From: an uncultured Planctomycetia bacterium
GTDB lineage: Bacteria; Omnitrophota; Gorgyraeia; Pluralincolimonadales; Pluralincolimonadaceae
NCBI GenBank assembly: GCA_964650515.1
Contig: CAZYUB010000004.1
Coordinates: 5,541-69,540, forward strand
Direction: 5' to 3'
DNA: 64,000 nt
Shown: piece by piece, positions 28,603 through 37,254 of the stretch
How the letters are laid out: each line of letters begins with the position of its first letter
Position numbering within the stretch: the stretch's first letter is position 1
The notes under the pieces: generated by a model
Database searches by the model: none
What the model was told of the DNA's origin: nothing
What the model saw: only the letters and a program-made list of their open reading frames with translations
Position numbers and translations under genes: made by a program

Positions 28603-28842
28603 ATGATAATAAATATAGACACCCAAGCTAAAGCTGCATACGTAAAATTAAAAGAAGGCGCATGCCACCACACCAAGGAGATCCTTCCGGAGGTTTTTGC
28701 CGATTTTAACTCCCGCAACGAAATCATCGGAGTGGAGCTTATTAGCCCGTGTACTGTCACGCTCAGGAAGCTCGCGCAAAAATTAAAATTGCCCGTTTTT
28801 AACAAGATCAAAAAACCCCTCGAAGAGATCTGCTCGCAATAA
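28603..28842 (+). CDS. DUF2283-family antitoxin
   Basis: MIINIDTQAKAAYVKLKEG (M.I.YD.E.DALYI.L pattern). Starts 2 nt after the toxin stop behind GAAGGAGG. Confidence 0.6.
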   Translation: MIINIDTQAKAAYVKLKEGACHHTKEILPEVFADFNSRNEIIGVELISPCTVTLRKLAQKLKLPVFNKIKKPLEEICSQ

Positions 28843-28857
28843 ATAAAGGAGCCCCAA

Positions 28858-29682
28858 ATGCTTAAAGAACAGAAGATCCGCGACCTGACGCTGAAGATCA
28901 TACAGGTCATAGTGTGGTTCGAGATACTCTGGGCGGTAGTGTTCATCACGAGCATGGTCTTCCAGTGGTCAGGCATAACCGACCAGCTTGCGTCGGCGTT
29001 CTTCAGCAGCGGGTTCTGCGCGGTCATCATACTCGTGGCGCTGACGCTGCTGAACGTCACCGCGAACCTCAACATCATATCGAAGGCGCAGGTCAATAAA
29101 TATGCCGGCGCAGAAGAGGCGCCGGAGGACAAACAGGCGACGATGAAGATACTCGCCGTCTCGGGCGCGCTGATAGTCGCTATAGTCGGCTCGCTCTGGC
29201 TCGTCGAGTTCCATACGTACAGGATAAAGGCCGCCGATACGGCCGCGAAGATAGAGTCGATAGTCGACACAAAACTGATCGACGACGCCATCGGCATCGT
29301 AAAAAGCGACGGCAAGATATCCGACCTGTCCGCGATAAGGGACGCGCTCACCGCGACGATGAACACGGGCGGCCACCTCTCCGTGATATTCCCTCAGGAC
29401 GTGCTCGGCGTGAAGGTCTATTACGAGCTTACCGCGTGGAGCCACTGGCAGGATAAGGACGACAAGAAGATATCCGAGGCGTACCTGCAGAAGTACGTTC
29501 CGCGCGCCGGCGAGCAGAAGAAGTGGGATAAGCTTGCCGCCGGCCAAATAGACACCTTCACGGTGCCTTCGGGCGGCAACCTGCGCATGTTCCGCCGTGT
29601 CAAGCGCGCGAACGGCGAACTTATCCTGTGCGTCGACACAAGCCGCAGGTTCGATTACAGCAGGAGCAGCTTTAAGGACTAG
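28858..29682 (+). CDS. Membrane protein, hypothetical (274 aa)
   Basis: Three N-terminal TM helices plus a soluble domain; the antisense ORF 28569..29366 is rejected on Ser-rich antisense composition. Confidence 0.5.
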   Translation: MLKEQKIRDLTLKIIQVIVWFEILWAVVFITSMVFQWSGITDQLASAFFSSGFCAVIILVALTLLNVTANLNIISKAQVNKYAGAEEAPEDKQATMKILAVSGALIVAIVGSLWLVEFHTYRIKAADTAAKIESIVDTKLIDDAIGIVKSDGKISDLSAIRDALTATMNTGGHLSVIFPQDVLGVKVYYELTAWSHWQDKDDKKISEAYLQKYVPRAGEQKKWDKLAAGQIDTFTVPSGGNLRMFRRVKRANGELILCVDTSRRFDYSRSSFKD

Positions 29683-29728
29683 GGGACGTGTCACTTTGCA
29701 AAGTCCCGCCACAGCGGGGGGACACTCC
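29683..29728. repeat. Family-2 repeat copy D (intergenic)
   Basis: GGGGACGTGTCACTTTGCAAAGTCCCGCCACAGCGGGGGGACACTCC. Confidence 0.7.
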
Positions 29729-29731
29729 ATA

Positions 29732-29790
29732 AAATAGTTGAAAGAAAATTCCCTCTTTTAGCGTCTATTACGTTAAAGGAGGGAATTTTT
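29732..29790 (+). promoter_or_regulatory. Conserved TA-cassette leader element, copy 3
   Basis: AAAATAGTTGAAAGAAAATTCCCTCTTTTAGCGTCTATTACGTTAAAGGAGGGAATTTTTATG, followed by a 6-codon uORF (MGKLVK). Confidence 0.65.
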
Positions 29791-29817
29791 ATGGGCAAAC
29801 TGGTTAAGTAGGATGTT

Positions 29818-30354
29818 GTGCGGCAGAAGATCTTTTTAGTAAGGGACAAAAAGGTGATGTTTAGTGTGCACTTGGCAAAGCTTTATGGAGTTGAAACTAA
29901 GGTACTGATGCAGGCAGTAAAGCGTAACATAAAAAGGTTTCCGGCAGATTTTATGTTCCAGCTGACATGGGAAGAGGCCGTTTCTTTAAGGTCACAGATT
30001 GTGACCTTAAATACCCAAGAACTCGAAAACCCAAGGTCACAGATTGTGACCTTGAAACGCGGGAAGCATATAAAGTATTTGCCCTACGCATTTACCGAGC
30101 TGGGAGTAGCCATGTTGTCTAGTGTATTGAAAAGTGAAAGGGCTATTCAGATAAATATGGCTATAATGCGTGCTTTTGTAAGGATAAGGGAAATATTTGC
30201 GGAAAATAAAGAACTTGCACGGGAAGTGAAAGAGCATGGTAAAATATTAAGCGAGCACGGGCGACATATTTCAGCCATCCATCACATGATAGATGAATTA
30301 ATAACGCCGCCTGAAGAGAAGCCAAAACGCAAGATCGGTTTTCATCGGGATTGA
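29818..30354 (+). CDS. ORF6N (KilA-N-related) domain protein (GTG start)
   Basis: VMFSVHLAKLYGVETKVLMQAVKRNIKRFPADFMFQLT...YLPYAFTELGVAMLSSVL matches the ORF6N domain. Contains a duplicated LRSQIVTL segment encoded by two perfect 21-bp palindromes. Confidence 0.65.
   Translation: MRQKIFLVRDKKVMFSVHLAKLYGVETKVLMQAVKRNIKRFPADFMFQLTWEEAVSLRSQIVTLNTQELENPRSQIVTLKRGKHIKYLPYAFTELGVAMLSSVLKSERAIQINMAIMRAFVRIREIFAENKELAREVKEHGKILSEHGRHISAIHHMIDELITPPEEKPKRKIGFHRD
29988..30063. repeat. Two identical 21-bp perfect palindromes AAGGTCACAGATTGTGACCTT (29988..30008 and 30043..30063) inside the ORF6N gene
   Basis: 9-bp arms AAGGTCACA/TGTGACCTT with a GAT centre, repeated 55 bp apart. Confidence 0.85.
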
Positions 30355-30418
30355 TACCGGATGCCCAAAAGATTGAAATGCCTTGCGCCTATTGTCGACT
30401 CGCGACCGGCAGGAGACC

Positions 30419-31369
30419 ATGACTAAAGGTAAGCATACAAACAGGCAGGAGTACGTGATGCGCGCGGCTCTCGTGAGCCTGTGGTGCAACGTCGTTCTCT
30501 TCACTTTTAAGGGCACGGCGTTCTTTATCGTCCATTCGCTCGCGATCGCCACCGACTTCGCGATAACGGTGGTGGGGCTGAGCGTATCGGTCATATTGTA
30601 TTATTCGCTGAAGCTCGCGCACCGGCCCGCCGATATAATGCATAATTACGGCTACGGCAAGATAGAGCACGTCTGCGAGGCGATAGAGGGGATAGTGCTC
30701 ATCGGCATAGCGCTCGCGATGATCGCCCAGTCGGCGAAGTCGCTCGTGCACCCGGAGCATGTGAACAACCCCGTCCTCGGCCTCGCGTCGAGCATCCTGA
30801 GCTTCACGCTGAATTTCGGCGGGTCGTATTATATCCTGAAGATGGGAAGGAAGAGCGGCTCGCCCGCCGTGCGCGCCGAAGGCATCCATTACATGCTCGA
30901 GGGTTTTATCTCCCTCGCGATAGCCGGGGCGTTCGTGCTGTCGATGTTCCTGGTCTCCCGCGGCAATGATAGGGTCGCGATATATCTCGACCCCGTCGTA
31001 ACGATGATCGTCAGCATCGCGATAGCGGTGCCCTCGTTCGGCATCGCGAAAGGGGCCTTCTCGAACCTGCTCGATGCCTCGATAGAGGAGCCCGGCAAGA
31101 TGGATGTCGTCGTGAGCTTGGCGCAGAACGCCGGCCTCTTCTGCGACTTCAGCGACATACGCACGCGCGTCGCGGGCCACAAAAAATTCATAAACCTCAA
31201 GATAATCCTGCCGGCGCAGTTGTCGTTCGTCGAGGCGAACAAGATAGTAAAAAAGGTGGAAGACGATATAACGTCCGCCGTGCCGGACAGCGAGGTCTTC
31301 GTGAAGATGGAGGCCTGCCGCCGCGACTGCCTCGTGCTCAAGAACGGCGGGGAATGCCCGTACCTTTAA
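30419..31369 (+). CDS. Cation diffusion facilitator (CDF) family metal efflux transporter
   Basis: TM domain with LAIATDFAITVVGL and HNYGYGKIEHV; C-terminal cytoplasmic domain. Confidence 0.8.
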   Translation: MTKGKHTNRQEYVMRAALVSLWCNVVLFTFKGTAFFIVHSLAIATDFAITVVGLSVSVILYYSLKLAHRPADIMHNYGYGKIEHVCEAIEGIVLIGIALAMIAQSAKSLVHPEHVNNPVLGLASSILSFTLNFGGSYYILKMGRKSGSPAVRAEGIHYMLEGFISLAIAGAFVLSMFLVSRGNDRVAIYLDPVVTMIVSIAIAVPSFGIAKGAFSNLLDASIEEPGKMDVVVSLAQNAGLFCDFSDIRTRVAGHKKFINLKIILPAQLSFVEANKIVKKVEDDITSAVPDSEVFVKMEACRRDCLVLKNGGECPYL

Positions 31370-31382
31370 CGGGGGCTGCTCA

Positions 31383-32600
31383 GTGCGAATAATAGCCGCA
31401 ATATCCCTTTTTTTGATTATATGCGCTCCTGCCGCCGCGCAGGAGATGCACCATCACGATATGCCGATGTCGTCCGAGGAATCATCCGGCACGAGCTGGC
31501 AGCCGGCGTCGTCCCCGATGGAAGGCATCCACACCTCATATAAGGACTGGTCGCTTATGTTCCACGGTTTCGCGAACGGCATCTATACGAGCCAGGGCGG
31601 CCCGAGGGGCAGGGACAAATTATTCAGCACGAGCATGTTCATGGCCGGCGCGGATAAGGTCTCCGGCGCAAATAAGATCGCCCTGCGCGGGATGCTCTCG
31701 CTCGACCCGGCGATGGGCAGGAAGGGCTACCCGCTGCTGCTGCAGACGGGCGAGACCTACGACGGAATCCATCCGCTTATCGACCGCCAGCATCCGCACG
31801 ACCTTTTCATGGAACTCTCCGCGGCGTATACGCGCGAATTCTCCGACGATAAATCGGGCTATATATATTTCGGCCTGCCGGGAGAGCCGGCGCTCGGCCC
31901 GCCGACGTTCATGCACAGGTTCTCGGGCGCGGATAATCCCGAGGCGCCGCTCGGCCACCACTGGCTCGACTCTACCCACATAACATACGGCGTCGTGACA
32001 CTCGGTTACGTCTGGGACAAGATGAAGATTGAGGCCTCGTCGTTCCGCGGGCGCGAGCCCGACGAAGACCGCTGGGACATGGAGACACCGGGTTTCGATT
32101 CGTATTCATTCCGGCTCTCGTATAATCCGGCGCCGGACTGGTCGTTCCAGGCGAGCTACGGGCACCTCTACAGCCCCGAACAGCTCGAGCCGTGGGTGAA
32201 CGTAGACCGTTACACCGTCTCGGCGATGTATAACAAGCCGCTGGAAGACGGCAATTGGCAGACGACCTTCGCGTGGGGCCGTAACGTTAAGGACCCGGGC
32301 AAGGGCACCGACGCGTACCTGCTCGAAAGCGCCGTGAATTTCAAAAAGAAACATACCGTCTTCGGCCGGTTCGAGAGCGTAAAGAAAGACGAGCTCTTCG
32401 AGCATGACGACCCGCTCGCCGGCCGCGCGTACCGCGTATATAAAGTCAGCACGGGCTACGTATTTGATTTTGTCGAGGTCAAGGACGTGAAGTTCGGCGT
32501 GGGAGGGGAGGTCGGCGTCGATTTCGTCCCCGGCGCCATCAAAGATGCCTACGACAGCGATCCCGTGTCGTATCTTGTGTTTATAAGGGCTAAACTTTAG
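31383..32600 (+). CDS. Secreted/outer-membrane beta-rich protein with a His-rich N-terminus (GTG start)
   Basis: Signal peptide, then MHHHDMPMSSEESSG; frequent aromatic/alternating pattern and C-terminal F. Its metal-related neighbours suggest a metal-binding OMP. Confidence 0.4.
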   Translation: MRIIAAISLFLIICAPAAAQEMHHHDMPMSSEESSGTSWQPASSPMEGIHTSYKDWSLMFHGFANGIYTSQGGPRGRDKLFSTSMFMAGADKVSGANKIALRGMLSLDPAMGRKGYPLLLQTGETYDGIHPLIDRQHPHDLFMELSAAYTREFSDDKSGYIYFGLPGEPALGPPTFMHRFSGADNPEAPLGHHWLDSTHITYGVVTLGYVWDKMKIEASSFRGREPDEDRWDMETPGFDSYSFRLSYNPAPDWSFQASYGHLYSPEQLEPWVNVDRYTVSAMYNKPLEDGNWQTTFAWGRNVKDPGKGTDAYLLESAVNFKKKHTVFGRFESVKKDELFEHDDPLAGRAYRVYKVSTGYVFDFVEVKDVKFGVGGEVGVDFVPGAIKDAYDSDPVSYLVFIRAKL

Positions 32601-32611
32601 GTTCCAACAGC

Positions 32612-33790
32612 ATGCCAAATAAAGCGAAAGACCCTATCTGCGGGATGACAGTGGACACGGCGACCGCGCTGAAGCTCGAAGCCGGTGCGGAGATGTTCTA
32701 TTTCTGCAGCGAACATTGCCTGAATAAATTTGCGGAAGAAAAAGGCATCGCGCCGGGCGCGGCCGTCTGCGCTTCCTGCGCCGCCGTCAAAGCCCCGTTT
32801 TATAAAAATAAGACGTTCGTGGTCGCGTCCGTCATCGCCGCGCTTATCGCTTTATCTTTTGTATTCCCGCCGCTTACGCTTTTCAGGAGGGCGTTCCTGG
32901 ATTATCTCGGGATAATATGGTGGGCGGTCCTGCTCGGACTCTTTCTCGGAGGCGTAATAGACCGTTTCGTGCCCAGGGAGTATATATCGAGCATACTCGC
33001 GCGGCCCGGGAAAAGTTCTATAATAAACGCCGTATTCCTCGGGTTCCTGATGAGCGCGTGTTCGCACGGGATATTGGCGCTGTCGATACAACTGCATAAA
33101 AAAGGCGCCTCGAACCCCGCGGTTGTCGCGTTCCTGCTGGCGAGCCCCTGGGCTAACGCCGCGATAACCGTCATGCTTGTCGGGTTCTTCGGGATGAAGG
33201 CCTTTTATATCATCGCCTGCTCCATACTGATAGCCCTGACGACCGGCTTTATATTCCAGGCCCTGGAAAAGAAGGGGCTTATCGAGACGAACAAGAACAT
33301 CGCGAAGGTGGACAAGGATTTCTCGATAAGGTCCGATATAACTAAACGCGTTAAAGCTTACAAGCTTTCGGCGGATGGCGTGAAGGCGGACATAAAGGGG
33401 GTCTGGTCCGGCGCGGTGTCGCTCGGCGACATGGTGCTTTGGTGGATATTGATAGGCATGGGGATCGCGAGTTTGGCCGGCGCGTACATCCCGCCGGAGG
33501 TCTTCCATAAATATATGGGCCCGGGCACGGTGGGGCTTGTCGTTACGCTGGCGCTGGCTACGATAATAGAGGTCTGCTCGGAGGGGTCATCGCCGATGGC
33601 GTTCGAGATATACAAGCAGACGGGCGCGTTTGGCAACAGTTTTGTATTCCTGCAGGCGGGCGTCGCCACGGATTATACCGAGATAGGCCTCATCTGGGCG
33701 AATATTGGCAGGAGGACAGCCCTCTGGCTGCCGGTAATTGCCGTGCCGCAGGTAATAATATACGGGATCATCGCGAACCTGTTATTTTAG
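32612..33790 (+). CDS. YHS(TRASH)-domain protein fused to a UPF0718/DUF318-type permease
   Basis: N-terminal DPICGMTVDTATA...FYFCSEHC (YHS metal-binding domain), then a multi-TM permease. Confidence 0.6.
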   Translation: MPNKAKDPICGMTVDTATALKLEAGAEMFYFCSEHCLNKFAEEKGIAPGAAVCASCAAVKAPFYKNKTFVVASVIAALIALSFVFPPLTLFRRAFLDYLGIIWWAVLLGLFLGGVIDRFVPREYISSILARPGKSSIINAVFLGFLMSACSHGILALSIQLHKKGASNPAVVAFLLASPWANAAITVMLVGFFGMKAFYIIACSILIALTTGFIFQALEKKGLIETNKNIAKVDKDFSIRSDITKRVKAYKLSADGVKADIKGVWSGAVSLGDMVLWWILIGMGIASLAGAYIPPEVFHKYMGPGTVGLVVTLALATIIEVCSEGSSPMAFEIYKQTGAFGNSFVFLQAGVATDYTEIGLIWANIGRRTALWLPVIAVPQVIIYGIIANLLF

Positions 33791-33803
33791 GAGTTGCCTC
33801 GGG

Positions 33804-34415
33804 ATGTGCGGAAGGTTCACCCTCTATAAAGCCGACGACGGCACGATAAAGAAGAAATATTCGCTGACGAAGATAACGTTCAAGCTCGCGCCGCGCCGCA
33901 GCATCTCGCCGCAGGAAGATATCCCCGTCATCCTCAACGATACGCCCGATACGCTCTCGCTCGCGAGGTGGGGGTTCATCCCGCATTGGGCCAAGGACGG
34001 CTATGACGTCCACGCGATGATTAACGCGAGGGCTGAGACGCTCGCCGAAAAGCCGTTTTTCCGCGATTCCGCGCGCTCGCGCCGGTGCATCATCCCCGCC
34101 GACGGGTTCTATGAGTGGCAGGCGCCTGCCGGCGGCAAGGGCCGCAAGGTCCCGTATAAAATATCAATGAAGGACGGAAGGATATTTTCGTTCGCGGGGG
34201 TATGGGACCTCTGGGAAAAAGAGGGGCAGCGGCTTGTCAGTTGTGCTATAATAACCACTGAAGCCAATTCGCTGGTCAAAAAGATACACGACAGGATGCC
34301 CGTTATATTGCCCGACGGCTCGGAGAAGGCGTGGCTGGGCTCCTACGACGCAAAATTCTTAAAACCATATGACCCCGATAAGATGAAAGCGGAGGTTTCT
34401 GACCCCGATGAATAA
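33804..34415 (+). CDS. SOS-response-associated peptidase (SRAP/YedK family; abasic-site processing)
   Basis: Starts MCGRF (catalytic Cys2 of SRAP). Confidence 0.8.
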   Translation: MCGRFTLYKADDGTIKKKYSLTKITFKLAPRRSISPQEDIPVILNDTPDTLSLARWGFIPHWAKDGYDVHAMINARAETLAEKPFFRDSARSRRCIIPADGFYEWQAPAGGKGRKVPYKISMKDGRIFSFAGVWDLWEKEGQRLVSCAIITTEANSLVKKIHDRMPVILPDGSEKAWLGSYDAKFLKPYDPDKMKAEVSDPDE

Positions 34416-34434
34416 CCGCACCGAAAGGAGATCC

Positions 34435-36729
34435 ATGAATAAGCCCGTCAGCATAATACTGTCCCTCGCAGCAGCCCTTTTAATGTTAGCGGCGCCTTCC
34501 TATTGCAAGGACGAAGCGCCTGCGCCGGTCATCAAGAGCATAACCGCATCCTCCGATTATAACAACAACCGCGCGGAGAAAGCCGCCGACGGCAAGCCGC
34601 TCACGCGCTGGGAGTCCGAATGGAAGGACAAGCAGTGGGTGCAGGTAGAGTTCGAGGCGCCGGTCATGCTCTACGGAGTCGGAATAAGATGGGAGACGGC
34701 CGCCGCGTTCCGCTACACCGTAATGGGCTCGAACGACGGGGACCTGTGGGCCACCCTCGCGATGGTCGAGGACGGCGTCGAAGGCGAAGAGATGAAGATA
34801 AATTTCCAGAAACCCTCCGAATACAAATATGTGAGGATCGACTGCTACGACAGGGCCACGGCCTGGGGATTCTCGATATGGGAGATAGAGTTCAAGACGG
34901 GCGGTCCGTACAAGAAGCTCGCGAAGAGGCAGGCGATAATGAAGGGCAAGTCGTTCTTCTCGGTGGAGCAGAAGGACGGGAAGTACTGGTTTGCCGACGC
35001 GTCCGGCAAACCGTTTATATCGAAGGGCGTGAACGTCGTGCTCAGCAACGACGGCGCGGTCCTGCAGAATTCGCAGTATTACGATGTCTCGAAGAATTAC
35101 AAGGACAACCAGGACTGGGCGAAGAGCGCGGTCAAACGCCTTAAGAAATGGAAATTCAATACCGTCGGCTGCTGGTCCGACGCGGCGACGTTCTATTACG
35201 ACATGCCGTTCACGACGATCCTGAACATACCTTCCACGACCGACCACCGTCTCGTCGACGTCTTCGACCCGATGTTCGTGGAGAACGCCGACGCGGCCAC
35301 GGCGAGCAAGTGCAAACGTTTCAGGGACGCGAAGTACCTGCTCGGGTATTTCATCGATAACGAACTTCCGTGGTACGGCGATGTCGGCTGGCACACGGGC
35401 CACGCGCCATTGCTGCTCGACGAATATTCACGCCTGCCGGAGAGCGCGCCCGGCTATGCCAGGCTCGCGGAGTTCCTGAAAGAAAAATACGGCCTTACGG
35501 TCGAGGAGTTCATGAAGGTGCGCGGCGCGCAGGCGAAAGAGGCGCGCGAGCTGTTCGCGGGCGTGGTCGCCGAGGAGTATTTCTCGGTAATAACCTCGCG
35601 CATAAGGAAGTACGACCCGAACCACCTGATACTCGGCGTGCGGTTCGCGGGAAGCGCGCCGGAAGGCGTCATCGCTGCATGCGGGAAATACTGCGACGTC
35701 ATCTCGCTGAATTACTACTGCAAGAACATGAAGGTCGACAGGCAGCATATCGACAATTTCTATTTTATCGGGCAGAAACCGCTGATGATAACGGAGTTCT
35801 CGTATCGCGCGATGGAGAACCGCAGCGGCGTGAAGAACAATAAGGGCGCCGACGTTACCGTCAAGACGCAGGCCGACAGGGCCGAGGGTTTCGACAAGTA
35901 TGTCACGCAGATGATGGAGTTCCCTTACATGATCGGCTACCACTGGTTCCAGTACTTCGACCAGTCGCCGCAGGGGCGCAGTTTCGACGGGGAGAACAGC
36001 AATTACGGCATCGTCGATATCTACGACAAGGAATACGAGCTGCTGACCGCCGCGATGAAGAAGCTCAACCCGAAGGCGGACACGATACATAAGAAGACGG
36101 CCCTGCCGTATCCGGAGAAGGCCGTGAAGACGGACGGGTACGCGCCGGTCAATAACAAGGGCGAGAGGAAGGAAGCCGGGCAGTTCTGCGATGTCGCCGG
36201 CCTCGACCTGCGCAAGCTCGGCGTCTGGGCGGATGCATCGTCCTCGGCGAAGATAAGGTTCACGAAGGAGAAGGCGGAGGGCGGGGAAGCGGAATTCCTC
36301 AGATGCGCCGTCGATACCGGCAGCGGGTGGGGCTGCGGGTTCAGTGTTGCCTGCGACGCGAAGATGAAGAATGCCGACGGCTCGTTCGACCTGCAGGGGT
36401 ATAAAGGGATAAAGATAAGGTTGTCCGCCACCGAAGGGCTGCCGTTCTCGGTCTTCATCAACGAATCCGGCGCCGATGAGATGGGAAAACCCGAATACAA
36501 GGGCGTCCGCGGGGCCGACGGGGAGAGCTTCACCTCCGAGCCGAACAGCGGCGTTGGCAAGATAGAGGTGCTTGACTATCCGTTCGACCAGTTCATGCTG
36601 CGTACCGTGTACGGCAACCAGAGCGGCAACAGGACACTGGACCTGCAGGCAGTCCGCAACATCGACCTGTATTTTCCCGGCAACTCCGGCGACGGCACCT
36701 GCGATATATACGAGGTAACGTTATACTGA
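34435..36729 (+). CDS. Secreted glycoside-hydrolase-like protein with an N-terminal F5/8 type C (discoidin/CBM32-like) domain
   Basis: Signal peptide; KPLTRWESEWKDKQWVQVEF...WGFSIWEIEF discoidin signature; TIM-barrel-like catalytic region with ITEFSY (candidate catalytic Glu). Confidence 0.5.
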   Translation: MNKPVSIILSLAAALLMLAAPSYCKDEAPAPVIKSITASSDYNNNRAEKAADGKPLTRWESEWKDKQWVQVEFEAPVMLYGVGIRWETAAAFRYTVMGSNDGDLWATLAMVEDGVEGEEMKINFQKPSEYKYVRIDCYDRATAWGFSIWEIEFKTGGPYKKLAKRQAIMKGKSFFSVEQKDGKYWFADASGKPFISKGVNVVLSNDGAVLQNSQYYDVSKNYKDNQDWAKSAVKRLKKWKFNTVGCWSDAATFYYDMPFTTILNIPSTTDHRLVDVFDPMFVENADAATASKCKRFRDAKYLLGYFIDNELPWYGDVGWHTGHAPLLLDEYSRLPESAPGYARLAEFLKEKYGLTVEEFMKVRGAQAKEARELFAGVVAEEYFSVITSRIRKYDPNHLILGVRFAGSAPEGVIAACGKYCDVISLNYYCKNMKVDRQHIDNFYFIGQKPLMITEFSYRAMENRSGVKNNKGADVTVKTQADRAEGFDKYVTQMMEFPYMIGYHWFQYFDQSPQGRSFDGENSNYGIVDIYDKEYELLTAAMKKLNPKADTIHKKTALPYPEKAVKTDGYAPVNNKGERKEAGQFCDVAGLDLRKLGVWADASSSAKIRFTKEKAEGGEAEFLRCAVDTGSGWGCGFSVACDAKMKNADGSFDLQGYKGIKIRLSATEGLPFSVFINESGADEMGKPEYKGVRGADGESFTSEPNSGVGKIEVLDYPFDQFMLRTVYGNQSGNRTLDLQAVRNIDLYFPGNSGDGTCDIYEVTLY

Positions 36730-36734
36730 AAAGG

Positions 36735-37229
36735 GTGACGGTCAACGATAAGATGCAGCAGGGCTATGCGTATTACCTGTCTGCGCCGATGGGCAAGGAT
36801 TTCCATCCGGAGTTCAAGCCCGAGTTGACGCCTGAAGAGATGTTGAGGCTCGGCGTCTTCGGCGGGAAATACATGACCGATTGCAGGAAAGAATTTCCGA
36901 GAAGCTGGTTCGCGAAGGCCAAGCTTTCGCCGGAGAAGAAAGATCCCGCGCTGAATTATTTCAAGGTCGACGCGTCCCTTCCTTTGAAGGCCTGGCAGGA
37001 CAAGGGATGGATAAACCCCGATGACCCGCGCGGATGGTTCCAGTGGTATTGCAGGTATTACATGGGCCGCCGCCTCCCCGGCGAGGACGAACGCCAGATA
37101 AAGAGATGGAAGGCGATAAGGCGCCATGCGATGGCGATAAGGAAGAATTGCCCGCCGAAAGACCTCGGCTGCAGGCGCAAGCAGCGCCAGGCCCTTTTGC
37201 ACTGGGCCTACGATTCACGTAAAATATGA
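36735..37229 (+). CDS. Hypothetical protein (164 aa)
   Basis: Trp/Arg-rich C-terminus GWFQWYCRYYMGRR; no family recognised; alternative ATG at 36753. Confidence 0.4.
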   Translation: MTVNDKMQQGYAYYLSAPMGKDFHPEFKPELTPEEMLRLGVFGGKYMTDCRKEFPRSWFAKAKLSPEKKDPALNYFKVDASLPLKAWQDKGWINPDDPRGWFQWYCRYYMGRRLPGEDERQIKRWKAIRRHAMAIRKNCPPKDLGCRRKQRQALLHWAYDSRKI

Positions 37230-37254
37230 GTGATGAGGGCCTCGAGACGATAGA

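Noticed and set aside
28569-29366. 265-aa minus-strand ORF opposite the 28858..29682 membrane protein
   Set aside because: Ser/Ala-rich antisense-type composition. The + strand ORF has an RBS and proper TM-plus-soluble architecture.
28969-29730. 253-aa minus-strand Arg-rich ORF
   Set aside because: Same locus as above; the composition is an antisense artefact.
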